From positions 21,969 to 53,968 of the forward strand of contig NZ_JAYKGW010000017.1 in the NCBI RefSeq assembly GCF_035285525.1: 32,000 bases of DNA. Reading direction: 5' to 3'. Position 1 is the stretch's first letter, and the number at the start of each line of letters is the position of its first letter. Shown in pieces: positions 8,326 to 17,411 of the stretch. The translations under genes were made by a program, and so were the position numbers. Below the pieces are notes generated by a model. That model made no database searches. It had not been told where the DNA came from and saw nothing but the letters and a program-made list of their open reading frames with translations. This DNA comes from Okeania sp. (GTDB lineage Bacteria > Cyanobacteriota > Cyanobacteriia > Cyanobacteriales > Microcoleaceae).

Positions 8326-8573
8326 AATAAAGATAATTCGTACAGTATAAATACTTACTAAGCTACCGAATTATGATAATACTCTAGTGTTAGAAATTGA
8401 CTTGCGGAACGTGGGTTATACTGCATGGCTAATCTTAATTTACCTTTTTCTTAATTACCAAAAAGGGAGTAGGAAATAGGGAGTAGGAAGTAGGGAGTTA
8501 CAGAGGAAGTAAATTGCTTCTACAAGAGTTAGGATAAAGAAAGAAGAAGAAATAATTTTGCGATGTTTTAAAA

Positions 8574-8672
8574 GCAGGACTAAAGCCATGAACCCTATCA
8601 GTAGGGTGTGTTAGCGGTAGTTTCACGGACATAAACTCTATATATAGTGCCTCCCGTGTAAGTCCTGAAAAG
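8574..8672 (-). mobile_element. MITE-like element, family E (CAGGACTTAC.. / ..GTAAGTCCTG termini)
   Basis: CAGGACTAAAGCC ... CTATATATAGTGCCTCCCGTGTAAGTCCTG. The reverse complement matches the start of the 26546-26706 copy (CAGGATTTACACGGGAGGCACTATATATA). Confidence 0.65.
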
Positions 8673-9153
8673 AACAAAAACTGAAACTCTCACTTCCAGT
8701 TAAGTTTTCTCTCAAAACTAAAATTTTGCGCCTCATAGCAATGGAAAGGACAGTATGACTGCGATCGCAACCAGTTGTATTTCCTGAAAGCACCTCAATA
8801 GTTACAGGAGTTATGCAAAGGAAAGACACTATATAGAACAGAACCCCTAACCAGATCTATAAAATTAGCTGGGGAGATGGGGAGATGGGGAGATGGGGCT
8901 ATTTTTCTACCTTTTTCCCCTCCACGGTCAGGGTTAGGGGTGGGTTGACTCCTGATATCAAATCCGCTGGCTTTGGAGAATAAAATTATACCATCAGAAA
9001 AGATCGAAAAGTCCTAGTTTGTAGAGGGTACGGTTCCCGAAAAATTGGAGACCAAACCCCTACATCTTTAATTTTACCGATACTATCGGATTTTATATGA
9101 CTCCTGTATTTTGTCTCCTTCGCCAAAAATCCGCACATTTGCAGAGATACGGT

Positions 9154-9371
9154 TAGGGTTTCTACTTAATAGTTTGCTGAAAAAATATGAAAGCATTGAT
9201 AGACAAAGCTTTTAAGAATTTTAAGTCTAGAAAAAGTGTCAGCTTTTAGGTCAAAAAGGTTTAAAAAGGAGCGCATTTTGGGTGCATAGTTGGGCAAAAA
9301 AAATTACTTGCTACCTCCCAATCACCCCATCTCCTTATCAAGACTTTTTCACCAGACCCTACATAGAGTAT
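9154..9371 (-). mobile_element. MITE-like element, family D, inverted relative to 6066-6265
   Basis: The termini are TTAGGGTTTC..TTTGCTGAAAAAA and TTTTTCACCAGACCCTAC. The interior matches copy 6066-6265 in reverse complement. Confidence 0.6.
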
Positions 9372-9975
9372 GGGTGCGTTACGCTCCGCTAACTCACCCT
9401 ACTGGAATGAGACAGCTAAAAATGTAGGTTGGATAGAACGAAGTGAAACCCAACTTACTGAACTGTTTCATCTAAAATGGTGCATTAGGGAGTCGGGGAG
9501 TAGGGGAGTAGAGGAGTCGGGGAATCGGGGAGAAAGATTATTGTAACCTACAGCTATTGCATCATTTAAGGTGAAACAATGCACTACTTTTATGGCACTA
9601 TTTTAGATTTGTCAGTCTACTACTAATAGCTTTGGAAACTTCTGTAAGACGGAAGCTACCAATGATATCGCGTCAATAAACCATATGGCTACAACCAAAA
9701 CTTAGTAGGGACATTCCATGGAACATCCCTACTATAATCTACCGAAATGGAAACCACTATCAGATAATAGACATCTTCTATTGAGCCAAACTACATCGCC
9801 AAATTTTGTGTTATTCAAAGTTAGCAGAAAAGTTGAAGTATTTTGTCCGTTTACTAATTTATTATTAATTTATTATCTTTATGAGAAAGATATTCTAGTT
9901 ATTTTCTCCCATCCTTCAACTCATCTTCTTTATTTCCTATTATCTAATTCAAATAGAAAATTGCTGTATATATCC

Positions 9976-10176
9976 TTAGTCAATTACCCAATAGCCATTT
10001 TTTCGCCAATATTGTTCTTTTAAAGCTACTTCTAAGTCACTTTCTTGAATTAAACCTTGAAACATAAGTAATTGTCCAAGTTTTTGACGACATGAGACTT
10101 GAATATTCACTGCTTGGTCTAATTGAGATTGGGAAATTAATTGTCTGCGAATCAGAATTTCACCTATTTTCATCAT
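9976..10176 (-). CDS. Small stand-alone MshEN / T2SSE_N-like protein (putative c-di-GMP-binding module)
   Basis: 66-aa ORF. It has two 24-residue motifs, KIGEILIRRQLISQSQLDQAVNIQ and KLGQLLMFQGLIQESDLEVALKEQ, separated by exactly 5 residues (VSCRQ). Both fit the MshEN consensus RLGxxLLxxGLLxxxxLxxxLxxQ. A weak AAGGG lies about 10 nt upstream of the ATG. Confidence 0.6.
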   Translation of the reverse strand: MMKIGEILIRRQLISQSQLDQAVNIQVSCRQKLGQLLMFQGLIQESDLEVALKEQYWRKNGYWVID

Positions 10177-11011
10177 GGCTTTTTACCCTTACCTATTTGT
10201 ATTGGTGTTATTATATATATACCTTAATAACAAGCTCTATTTATAAGTTAGATATATAAGTTTACACTTGGTAATCTACTCAGTTTATCCCTAGTAATTT
10301 GCCATTTTCCAGATATATCTGCAAAGCTTAATACTCTCAATATACTATCAATAATCAAAGGAAGAAACATTCTAGTATAAAGTACGTCATTTAATTGAAA
10401 ATTTTTTTGCCAAGCTGGAACATTATACAGCGTTCGCGAAGCATTTCTCCTAGAAAATGGCTACAACTATAATAAACATTCGATAAATTTTCTAGGAGGA
10501 ATTTCTTTGATAGCTTCAGTCATATTGGCATAGTTATTATTCTCTAGTTGAGTATAGCGGTCCTCAATAGATTGTGACAAATCAAAAAGTAAATAAAAAA
10601 CCTGCAACTATTATCTGTTCCCTCTCTTGGTTGATTGGATATGGGGTTTTCCTACACGACATAAAAAGCATTAGCGTTAGGGAAGTTCCTCTTTAAGAGC
10701 CAGTTCCTCTGCCAAATGTAGCTCATTTCTTAGCGCTGCTCTGCAAGAGCAGCGACCTTCCGATATTTAGATAGACCGCTGTTCCTCGTTAAGTTTTCCC
10801 TAAAAGCTTTTGAATTTTGTACACTAATCAAATAGGATTGCTATATTAGCATAACTATATTTATCCACTCTTCCTCTAAAATGGCCATGGAATATTTTGG
10901 CAGTTTTCCCACAACTACTGGTTATAATTATTATTTATTTGATGACAAATTAAGTCTTAGAACCGAGTACAATGGTTATGTATTTGATCAATAAATTAAG
11001 CTAACAAATAG

Positions 11012-11156
11012 GTCATTTCAGTTATCAGTAACTCTGACTGTTTGCGCAGCATTCCGCAGGAAAGCCAGAGACTTGAGATGCTGGATCTAATTTTTTTCAT
11101 TCTCTTAAAATGGGAAGCTTTAGACCTAAGTTTTTGGGTTATAAATAGTGGACAGG
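11012..11156 (+). repeat. Dispersed ~140-bp repeat, family C, copy upstream of the solute-binding-protein gene
   Basis: GTCATTTCAGTTATCAG..CTGTTTG(C/T)GCA..AGGAAAGC(C/A)AGAG(A/G)CTTGA..TTTTTT.AT..C..AAAA.GGGA(A/G)GCTTTA.ACC. It is a direct repeat of 12386-12522. Related pieces lie at 6361-6413 and, inverted, at about 20410-20522. Confidence 0.7.
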
Positions 11157-11238
11157 ACGAACTATTAAGTAGTTGTGCTAGTGAACAAAAAATCATCAAT
11201 AAATATCTATAAAAATTTATTTTAAGTAATAATTAAAC

Positions 11239-12381
11239 GTGAAGCGAAGGAATTTTTTAATTGGAGCAACGGCAATAACTTTAGCTGAATTTTTAGCAGG
11301 ATGTGAAACACAAGCGGATTTAAAAATCCAATTATTAAAAAATACTATTCCTGCTCAAATAGTGTCAAAATTTCAAGGGGAATTAACTTCTCCTTCTCAA
11401 TTAAGTTTTCACCCTCAAGAAAGCTTAATAGAATTATTTTCTCTGCTGCAAATTTGGCAGAGAAAACTTTTGTTAGAAAAAGAGAAATTATCTATAGATC
11501 AAACAAAAAAAATAGATATTGCTAATCTGGTGACAATAGGAGATTATTGGTTAGCAAATGCTATCAAACAAGAATTAATTCAACCTCTTAATTCTCAAGC
11601 TTTACTAAGATGGAATAATTTGCCAGAAAAATGGCAAGAATTAGTCAAACGTAATAATCAAGGTGATGTAAATTCTGAAGGAAAAATTTGGGCAGCACCT
11701 TATCAGTGGGGTACAACTTTAATTGCTTATCGAGTTGATAAGTTTAAAACTTTGGGATGGGAGCCTAAAGATTGGAGTGATTTATGGCGACCAGAATTGA
11801 AGGATAATATTTCTTTGCTAAATCAAGCTAGAGAAGTTATTGGTTTAACTCTGAAAAAATTAGGCAAATCCTACAATACTAAAAATCTTGATGAGGTTAA
11901 TAATTTAAAATCGGAACTGGTTAAACTTAATCAACAAGTTAAGTTTTATAGTTCCGAAAATTATTTACAATCATTAGTTATTGGAGATACTTGGTTAGCT
12001 GTTGGTTGGTCTAATGATATTTTACCATTGGTTAAAAAACACAAAGAAATTTCTGCTATTGTTCCTCAGTCAGGAACAGCTTTATGGGCTAATTTATGGG
12101 TTAAACCTGCTGCTAGTGCTGAAACTTCTTTGACACAAAAATGGATTGATTTTTGTTGGCAACCTCAGATAGCAGAACAAATGTCACTGTTAACCCAAAT
12201 TGCTTCTCCTATTTTACTAGAAGTTAATTCTAATAAATTAACTTCAGAGATTAATAATAATCCGCTTTTATTACCCCCAAAAGAAATTATGGAAAAAAGT
12301 GAATTTCTTTATCCATTGACAGATAATACCATTGAACAGTATCGAAAATTATGGAAAGAAATTCGGATCAACAGGGAGTAG
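11239..12381 (+). CDS. Extracellular solute-binding protein, PotD/PotF (spermidine/putrescine)-like; Tat-type lipoprotein signal
   Basis: 380-aa ORF with a GTG start. The N-terminus MKRRNFLIGATAITLAEFLAGC has a twin-arginine RRxFL motif plus an LAGC lipobox. The body resembles family-1 SBPs (WAAPYQWGTTLIAYR, GDTWLAVGWSND). There is no adjacent permease or ATPase gene. Confidence 0.75.
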   Translation: MKRRNFLIGATAITLAEFLAGCETQADLKIQLLKNTIPAQIVSKFQGELTSPSQLSFHPQESLIELFSLLQIWQRKLLLEKEKLSIDQTKKIDIANLVTIGDYWLANAIKQELIQPLNSQALLRWNNLPEKWQELVKRNNQGDVNSEGKIWAAPYQWGTTLIAYRVDKFKTLGWEPKDWSDLWRPELKDNISLLNQAREVIGLTLKKLGKSYNTKNLDEVNNLKSELVKLNQQVKFYSSENYLQSLVIGDTWLAVGWSNDILPLVKKHKEISAIVPQSGTALWANLWVKPAASAETSLTQKWIDFCWQPQIAEQMSLLTQIASPILLEVNSNKLTSEINNNPLLLPPKEIMEKSEFLYPLTDNTIEQYRKLWKEIRINRE

Positions 12382-12385
12382 GGAG

Positions 12386-12522
12386 TCATTTCAGTTATCA
12401 GTTATCAGTACCTCTACCTGTTTGTGCACCATGACCTAGGAAAGCAAGAGGCTTGATATAAATATCTTTTTTTATCCCCTGAAAAAGGGAGGCTTTAAAC
12501 CACTATTTTTCGGTAAATTGAT
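12386..12522 (+). repeat. Dispersed ~140-bp repeat, family C, copy downstream of the solute-binding-protein gene
   Basis: It is a direct repeat of 11012-11156 and begins 5 bp after the stop codon. Confidence 0.7.
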
Positions 12523-12676
12523 AATGGATAGTTGATAGGGGAAATGTAGGCAATAAATACAAGATATTTCCAATAAATGAGGTACAAATTTTAATGATAA
12601 AATTATTGTAGTTTGGGTCTATTGTGCGCTAGCTATATACTTCATAACAACGGGAACGCTGTATCAATTACTTCTT

Positions 12677-13237
12677 TTATTCCCTACAATTGAACAATAT
12701 TGCCTCTAAATTTTGTAAAGTATCTTCCAAATTATCATTCACTAATCGTATATCAAACTCTGTAGCAGCTTCCAGTTCTTCTGTTGCTAATTTTAGACGT
12801 TTAGCGATCGCTTCTTCTGAGTCTTGTCCCCTCTTTCGTAACCTTCTTTCTAATTCTGTGTTTGAAGGTGGTAAAATAAATATTCGCAAAGCATCAGGAA
12901 ATGTTTTCTGAATTTGTCGTGCTCCCTGTAGTTCAATTTCCAGTATTACCGATTTACCTTGTTTAATATTTTCTATCACTGGCAGATTTGGTGTCCCATA
13001 AAAATTACCTGCATATTCTGCCCATTCTAATAATTCTCTATTTTCAATCATTTGTTGAAATTTCTCATGGTCTATGAAAAAATAGTTTTTTCCGTCTATT
13101 TCCCCTGGTCTAGGAGAGCGAGTAGTCGCAGAAACAGATAAAGCTAATTCTGGATGACGTTGTCGCAAAGAGCTTAACAAAGTCCCCTTACCTACACCAC
13201 TTGGCCCAGTTAAAACAATTAATTTACTAATTTGCAT
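12677..13237 (-). CDS. gmk: Guanylate kinase
   Basis: 186-aa ORF with the P-loop [12 protein letters not shown] and the motif [19 protein letters not shown], typical of Gmk. Confidence 0.95.
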   Translation of the reverse strand: MQISKLIVLTGPSGVGKGTLLSSLRQRHPELALSVSATTRSPRPGEIDGKNYFFIDHEKFQQMIENRELLEWAEYAGNFYGTPNLPVIENIKQGKSVILEIELQGARQIQKTFPDALRIFILPPSNTELERRLRKRGQDSEEAIAKRLKLATEELEAATEFDIRLVNDNLEDTLQNLEAILFNCRE

Positions 13238-13310
13238 AATTTTTTATCCTAGTACCGACATCATAGAACTATTTGGGTTGGGGTGAGCTTAAAATAACAT
13301 TACTGATGGA

Positions 13311-13350
13311 TAATTAATAATTAATAATTAATAATTAATAATTAATAATT
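13311..13350. repeat. Heptamer tandem repeat (TAATTAA), about 5.7 copies
   Basis: Read directly. Related (TAATTAT)n arrays lie at 15286-15318, about 31245-31262 and 488-505. Confidence 0.9.
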
Positions 13351-13351
13351 T

Positions 13352-13442
13352 AGGAGTTACGCAGTGACGCTAAATATAGCACTTAAAACCCCATACGCAA
13401 TAGTTTTTTAACTCCATAGATAGTACCTTTGCGTAAGTCCTG
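13352..13442 (+). mobile_element. MITE-like element, family E
   Basis: AGGAGTTACGCA ... TGCGTAAGTCCTG inverted termini. The interior resembles copy 17280-17374. Confidence 0.65.
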
Positions 13443-13453
13443 TAATTAATAAT

Positions 13454-14117
13454 TAGGGTTTGCTGAATAAATACAAGTCTTTACAGATAGAGCTTTTAGG
13501 CTTTTTTTATGTAGGGAAAAATCACCTGGTTTTGAGCTGCTTAATGCACGGTTCCCGAAAAATCAAAAAGTCAGAATTTTAAGCAAGAGTTGGGAAAAAA
13601 ATGATTTTCCTGCTCCCCTATTCCTTAAAAAATACTTTTTCAGCCTAATTAGGGCTTGCTGATTAAATCTCGCTCCCATTGAAATTCCAAAGTTTTAGCC
13701 TTTTTAGACCAAAATACCTGGTTTTTAGCTTTTCATGCACGGTTCCCGAAAAATAGGGTGCGTGGATAAAATAAGAACGGAAAAATTAAGGTAAAATTAT
13801 TGATCCTGCTGTCTCTGTCTTCCCAAACTTCCCAAACTTCCCACCCTTTGTTTTTTTCAGCAAACCCTAATTAGGAATAGATGATTAAATCTAAAATAAT
13901 TGGTATATCAAATATTTTAGCCTTTTTAGAACTTTGAAAAAGTAACAAATTTTCAATCCCAAACCCTCAAAAAGTTAGCATTTTGAGGTAACTATGGCAG
14001 AAAAGTTAATCTTACCCTTATGAATTACCACTTCCTCTATAATTCCCATTCGTCTTGACTCTTCACTACTCCCTACTCCCTGTCAAGGGCAAAAAAACTT
14101 CCATAAGCAAACCCTAA
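13454..14117. mobile_element. Three abutting family-D MITE-like copies filling the gmk-remA spacer
   Basis: Copy 1 (13454-13648) runs TAGGGTTTGCTGAATAAA ... TTTTTCAGCCTAA. Copy 2 (13649-13870) runs TTAGGGCTTGCTGATTAAATC ... TTTTTTTCAGCAAACCCTAA. Copy 3 (13871-14117) runs TTAGGAATAGATGATTAAATC ... CTTCCATAAGCAAACCCTAA. Copies 1 and 2 share the internal block TGCACGGTTCCCGAAAAAT. Confidence 0.65.
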
Positions 14118-14122
14118 ATATT

Positions 14123-14377
14123 TCAGTCATCTTTTTGATTAAATAAAAATCTTTGCGCTACAGTTTCAGGTTGAATAGCAGAAAGAATAATATGATTAGA
14201 ATCTGTTATAATTACAGATCTGGTACGCCGACCATAAGTAGCATCAATTAATTGGCCTTTTTCTTTGCCATCATTAATGAGTCGCTTAATAGGAGCTGAT
14301 TCTGGACTAACAATTGCTACAACTCGATTAGCAGAAACTATATTACCAAAACCAATATTAATTAATTGAATATTCAT
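14123..14377 (-). CDS. remA: RemA/DUF370 family regulatory protein
   Basis: [62 protein letters not shown] is a close match to the conserved RemA/YlzA family pattern. The ATG at 14375-14377 is preferred over the upstream GTG. gmk-remA neighbourhood is common. Confidence 0.85.
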   Translation of the reverse strand: MNIQLINIGFGNIVSANRVVAIVSPESAPIKRLINDGKEKGQLIDATYGRRTRSVIITDSNHIILSAIQPETVAQRFLFNQKDD

Positions 14378-14389
14378 CACATATTATAA

Positions 14390-14647
14390 TTAGGGTTTGC
14401 TGAAAAAGTATTTTGGCAGGGGGAGGACTCAGAATCGGTGAATCCAGCATCCAGGAGGAATGGGAATTACAGAAGAGGTAGGAGGAAAAATTATCCCTGG
14501 ATTTTCTGTCACAATTAGCCAAAAATACTAGACTTTTTAGCTTTCAAGACCTAAAAGCTGGTAATTTTTGTAGGCAAAAAAAGACTGAAACCTTTATGCA
14601 GTAGTGCTTTCATGCTTTTTTTTTCAGCAACCCCTAATTAAATATAA
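14390..14647 (+). mobile_element. MITE-like element, family D (258 bp), 13 bp upstream of the remA start codon
   Basis: The terminal inverted repeats are TTAGGGTTTGCTGAAAAAG and CTTTTTTTTTCAGCAACCCCTAA. It is roughly 85% identical by eye over its length to 20133-20380. Confidence 0.75.
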
Positions 14648-15330
14648 TCAACCTGTACAAGTAGATAATAAGTACAAAGTTTTCTACAATAAAAGAATAT
14701 ATCTAAATCTTGATTTGGATAAATTAAATTTTCATAAAAAAGAGATGGAATATAGGGAATATAGCAATTTGTATAGCCTTTTTAAATCTTTTTATCTATA
14801 AAGTTTATCTGAAAATCCTTTAAGTTTACTTAACCACGGATATTCTACCTGACTTATAGAAAAAATTTTAATCTTGCCAAAGATATCAAATAGTTTATAT
14901 AAAAGTAATGGATATATATTGTCAAGTTTAAAAATAGATACAACTCATCATTATATTTCAATTTTTGATAAATTGAATAATCAGATTCAGGTTTAGATAA
15001 TTTTGGAAATTTAATTTAGAAATTTTGATTCTTACCAAAAAATATCAGGTATAAAACCTCTCCATTAATTTTGGCGACTGGCGAAATGTCATATCTAATC
15101 GACCAATAATATCAAATCTGTTGACTTCGGAGTAATATAATTCCTATCCTCATTGGGGAGACAAGACTATTTTAATCTAGAATATCAATAAATTATTCCT
15201 CAATACTGAATTATACCAATGCTACTGGACTTGATAGAAAAGAAAAAAATTCCTTTTAGCTAATCCTCTTCTTACAAAAAAGAGGTAATTATTAATTATT
15301 AATTATTAATTATTAATTCTTGAACTAACT

Positions 15331-17082
15331 GTGCAACCTGTTGATTATACAACTCTCATAGCTTCTTGTTCTGAACTTCAATCTCAATGGCTACCAGCTA
15401 GATTAGAACAAGTATACCAGCGCGATCGCTTTACCATTTCTCTAGCCCTCCGAACTATTAAAAAAAGAGGTTGGCTAGATATTTCTTGGCATCCTCAAGC
15501 AGCTCGGGTTTGTATCAGTAAACCCCCTCCTCGCATCCCTGATACATTTACTTTTAGTCAACAACTCAAACATCAGTTAGCTGGATTAGCTTTAATATCT
15601 ATTAATGAAGTTTCTCCCTGGGAGAGAGTTTTGGATTTTCAATTTGCTAAACGTCCTGGAGAACCTCCCTTATGGCATCTTTATGTAGAAGTTATGACTA
15701 AATATAGTAATGTTATTCTAACTACTGCCAATAATTTAGTTGTTACCTGTGCCCATCAAATTAATAGTCAACAGTCTAGTGTCCGTCAAATTCAAACTGG
15801 TCAACCCTACGAACTACCACCCTCTCTGACTAACTCTATTCCTAGTTTGCAAGAAACTCAACAACAGTGGCAAGAAAGAATAAGTTTAATTCCTGGTCTG
15901 CTATGGCGAAATTTAATCAAAAATTATCGTGGTCTTAGTCAAGCATTGGTCAAACCCATGATTGAAACGGCTGGTTTAGACCCACAAAAATCTACAGATG
16001 ACTTGACTACTTCCGAATGGGAAAATTTATTTCGACTTTGGCAAAAATGGCTCTTGATGTTGGAAAAATTAGATTTTTCCTCTAGTTGGACATCTATAGG
16101 CTACAGTGTAACAGGTTGGGGAGCAACAGAATCTGTTAATACAGTCGGTGAATTACTAAACAGCTATTATACTCAACATCTTAATCAGCAGGAGTTTGGT
16201 CAACTTCATCATCAAATTAGTCAAAAACTTCATAGTATTACAGCCAAGTTACAACTAAAGGCCAATACTTTTACCGAACGTTTAAATCAGTCCGATGGGG
16301 CAGAATTATTGCGATCGCAAGCTGATTTACTTATGGCCAATCTTCAGGAATGGCAACCAGGGATGAAAAATATCTCCCTTCCAGACTTTGAGACGGGAAA
16401 AACTATGGTCATCAAATTAGACCCAGAAAAAAATGCTGTCCAGAATGCTCAAAGTCTCTACAAAAAACACCAAAAGTTAAAAAGAGCGCGTACAGCAGTT
16501 GAGCCACTTTTAGCAGAAGTTCAAGCTGAAATTGACTATCTGGAACAAGTAGAAGCTTTTTTGTCTCAGCTAGATAGTTACCGAAGTCCAGAAGATTTAG
16601 AGACTTTAGTGGAGATTCGGGATGAGTTGATTCAACAGGGTTATCTTAATGCCCCAGAACATCATCATCAAGATAATAGAAAAGATACAGAATTTTATCG
16701 CTACAAAACTCCTGGAGGGTTGGAATTATTAGTAGGTCGTAATAACCGTCAAAATGACCTATTGACTTTTCGAGTCGCAGGAGATTATGATATTTGGTTT
16801 CATTCTCAAGAAATTCCTGGCAGTCATGTTTTATTACGACTGGACGCTGGTACAATGCCAGATGAAGTTGACCTCCAGTTTGTTGCCGACATGAGTGCCT
16901 TTTATAGTCGCGCCCGTCAAAGTGAAGTTGTTCCGGTGATTTATACTAAACCTAAGTTTGTTTATAAACCTAAGGGGGCAAAACCTGGTATGGTTGTTTA
17001 TAGACAGGAGCAAGTTTTGTGGGGTAAGCCAAAAAGTGCGGAAGTCCACATCAAACAAATGTCAACTCCTCTTGATTTTTAA
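15331..17082 (+). CDS. rqcH: NFACT-family protein (FbpA/RqcH-like ribosome quality-control factor, NFACT-N plus DUF814)
   Basis: 583-aa ORF with a GTG start. The N-terminus reads QPVDYTTLIASCSELQSQWLPARLEQVYQRDR. The C-terminal NFACT-R/DUF814 pattern reads GGLELLVGRNNRQNDLLTFRVAGDYDIWFHSQEIPGSHVLL. Confidence 0.85.
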   Translation: MQPVDYTTLIASCSELQSQWLPARLEQVYQRDRFTISLALRTIKKRGWLDISWHPQAARVCISKPPPRIPDTFTFSQQLKHQLAGLALISINEVSPWERVLDFQFAKRPGEPPLWHLYVEVMTKYSNVILTTANNLVVTCAHQINSQQSSVRQIQTGQPYELPPSLTNSIPSLQETQQQWQERISLIPGLLWRNLIKNYRGLSQALVKPMIETAGLDPQKSTDDLTTSEWENLFRLWQKWLLMLEKLDFSSSWTSIGYSVTGWGATESVNTVGELLNSYYTQHLNQQEFGQLHHQISQKLHSITAKLQLKANTFTERLNQSDGAELLRSQADLLMANLQEWQPGMKNISLPDFETGKTMVIKLDPEKNAVQNAQSLYKKHQKLKRARTAVEPLLAEVQAEIDYLEQVEAFLSQLDSYRSPEDLETLVEIRDELIQQGYLNAPEHHHQDNRKDTEFYRYKTPGGLELLVGRNNRQNDLLTFRVAGDYDIWFHSQEIPGSHVLLRLDAGTMPDEVDLQFVADMSAFYSRARQSEVVPVIYTKPKFVYKPKGAKPGMVVYRQEQVLWGKPKSAEVHIKQMSTPLDF

Positions 17083-17230
17083 ATTTTTTTTGTATAGATT
17101 TCTCAATAGTTTGTTACAATGAGTACATAACAGCAAAGTGAGACTTATAACCCGCTGGACGCTGCGAACTTGGGAATGCGTAGCTAGAGGTTTATCTCAC
17201 AGATATAACAACGGAACATACTTAGAAACT

Positions 17231-17260
17231 AGGCCAGTTTTTCTGAACTGGTCTTTTTAT
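17231..17260 (+). terminator. Intrinsic terminator about 150 nt downstream of the rqcH stop
   Basis: The stem is CCAGTT / AACTGG (extendable to 8 bp with one mismatch), the loop is TTTCTG, and TTTTTATT follows. Confidence 0.55.
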
Positions 17261-17279
17261 TGTATTATAATAACACAAA

Positions 17280-17374
17280 CAGAACTTACGCACAGACCAC
17301 ATATATATATAGCGTCAAAAACTATAACGTTATAGTTTTTAAACTCCGCATATAGTAGCTTGGCGTCAGTCCTG
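17280..17374 (+). mobile_element. MITE-like element, family E
   Basis: CAGAACTTACGCA ... GGCGTCAGTCCTG termini. The interior is similar to 13352-13442. Confidence 0.6.
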
Positions 17375-17411
17375 ACAAAAAAAGCTTTTTGTGATACGAA
17401 GTAATCTATAG

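Noticed and set aside
9718-10023. 101-aa plus-strand ORF overlapping the 3' end of the MshEN-like ORF
   Set aside because: It is an AT-rich, low-complexity translation (LLLIYYLY..., FLLSNSN...) with no motif. The opposite-strand 66-aa ORF has a specific two-motif architecture and is preferred.
10260-10600. Possible decayed minus-strand gene (DLSQSIEDRYTQLENNNYANMTEAIKEIPPRKFIECLL* then ...RTLYNVPAWQKNFQLNDVLYTRMFLPLIIDSILRVLSFADISGKWQITRDKL)
   Set aside because: It reads like protein for about 100 codons but is interrupted by stops, and I cannot assign it to any family from memory. It is left uncalled. A tblastn or HMM search would decide.
10881-10994. 37-aa ORF MAMEYFGSFPTTTGYNYYLFDDKLSLRTEYNGYVFDQ, briefly considered as a RiPP-like precursor
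   Set aside because: There are no adjacent maturation genes, no leader/core features, no convincing ribosome-binding site, and it lies in AT-rich spacer DNA.
12690-12911. Antisense or nested ORFs within good genes: 12690-12911, 16646-16855, 16834-17058, 24584-24799, 28048-28377, 30892-31107, 19630-19851
   Set aside because: They lie opposite-strand to, or overlap the ends of, well-supported CDSs (gmk, rqcH, kinase, rnc, SBBP, cysH). No motifs are present.
17138-17335. 65-aa plus-strand ORF downstream of rqcH
   Set aside because: It runs through a terminator hairpin and into a family-E MITE. The region is better explained as a structured non-coding segment (see finding).
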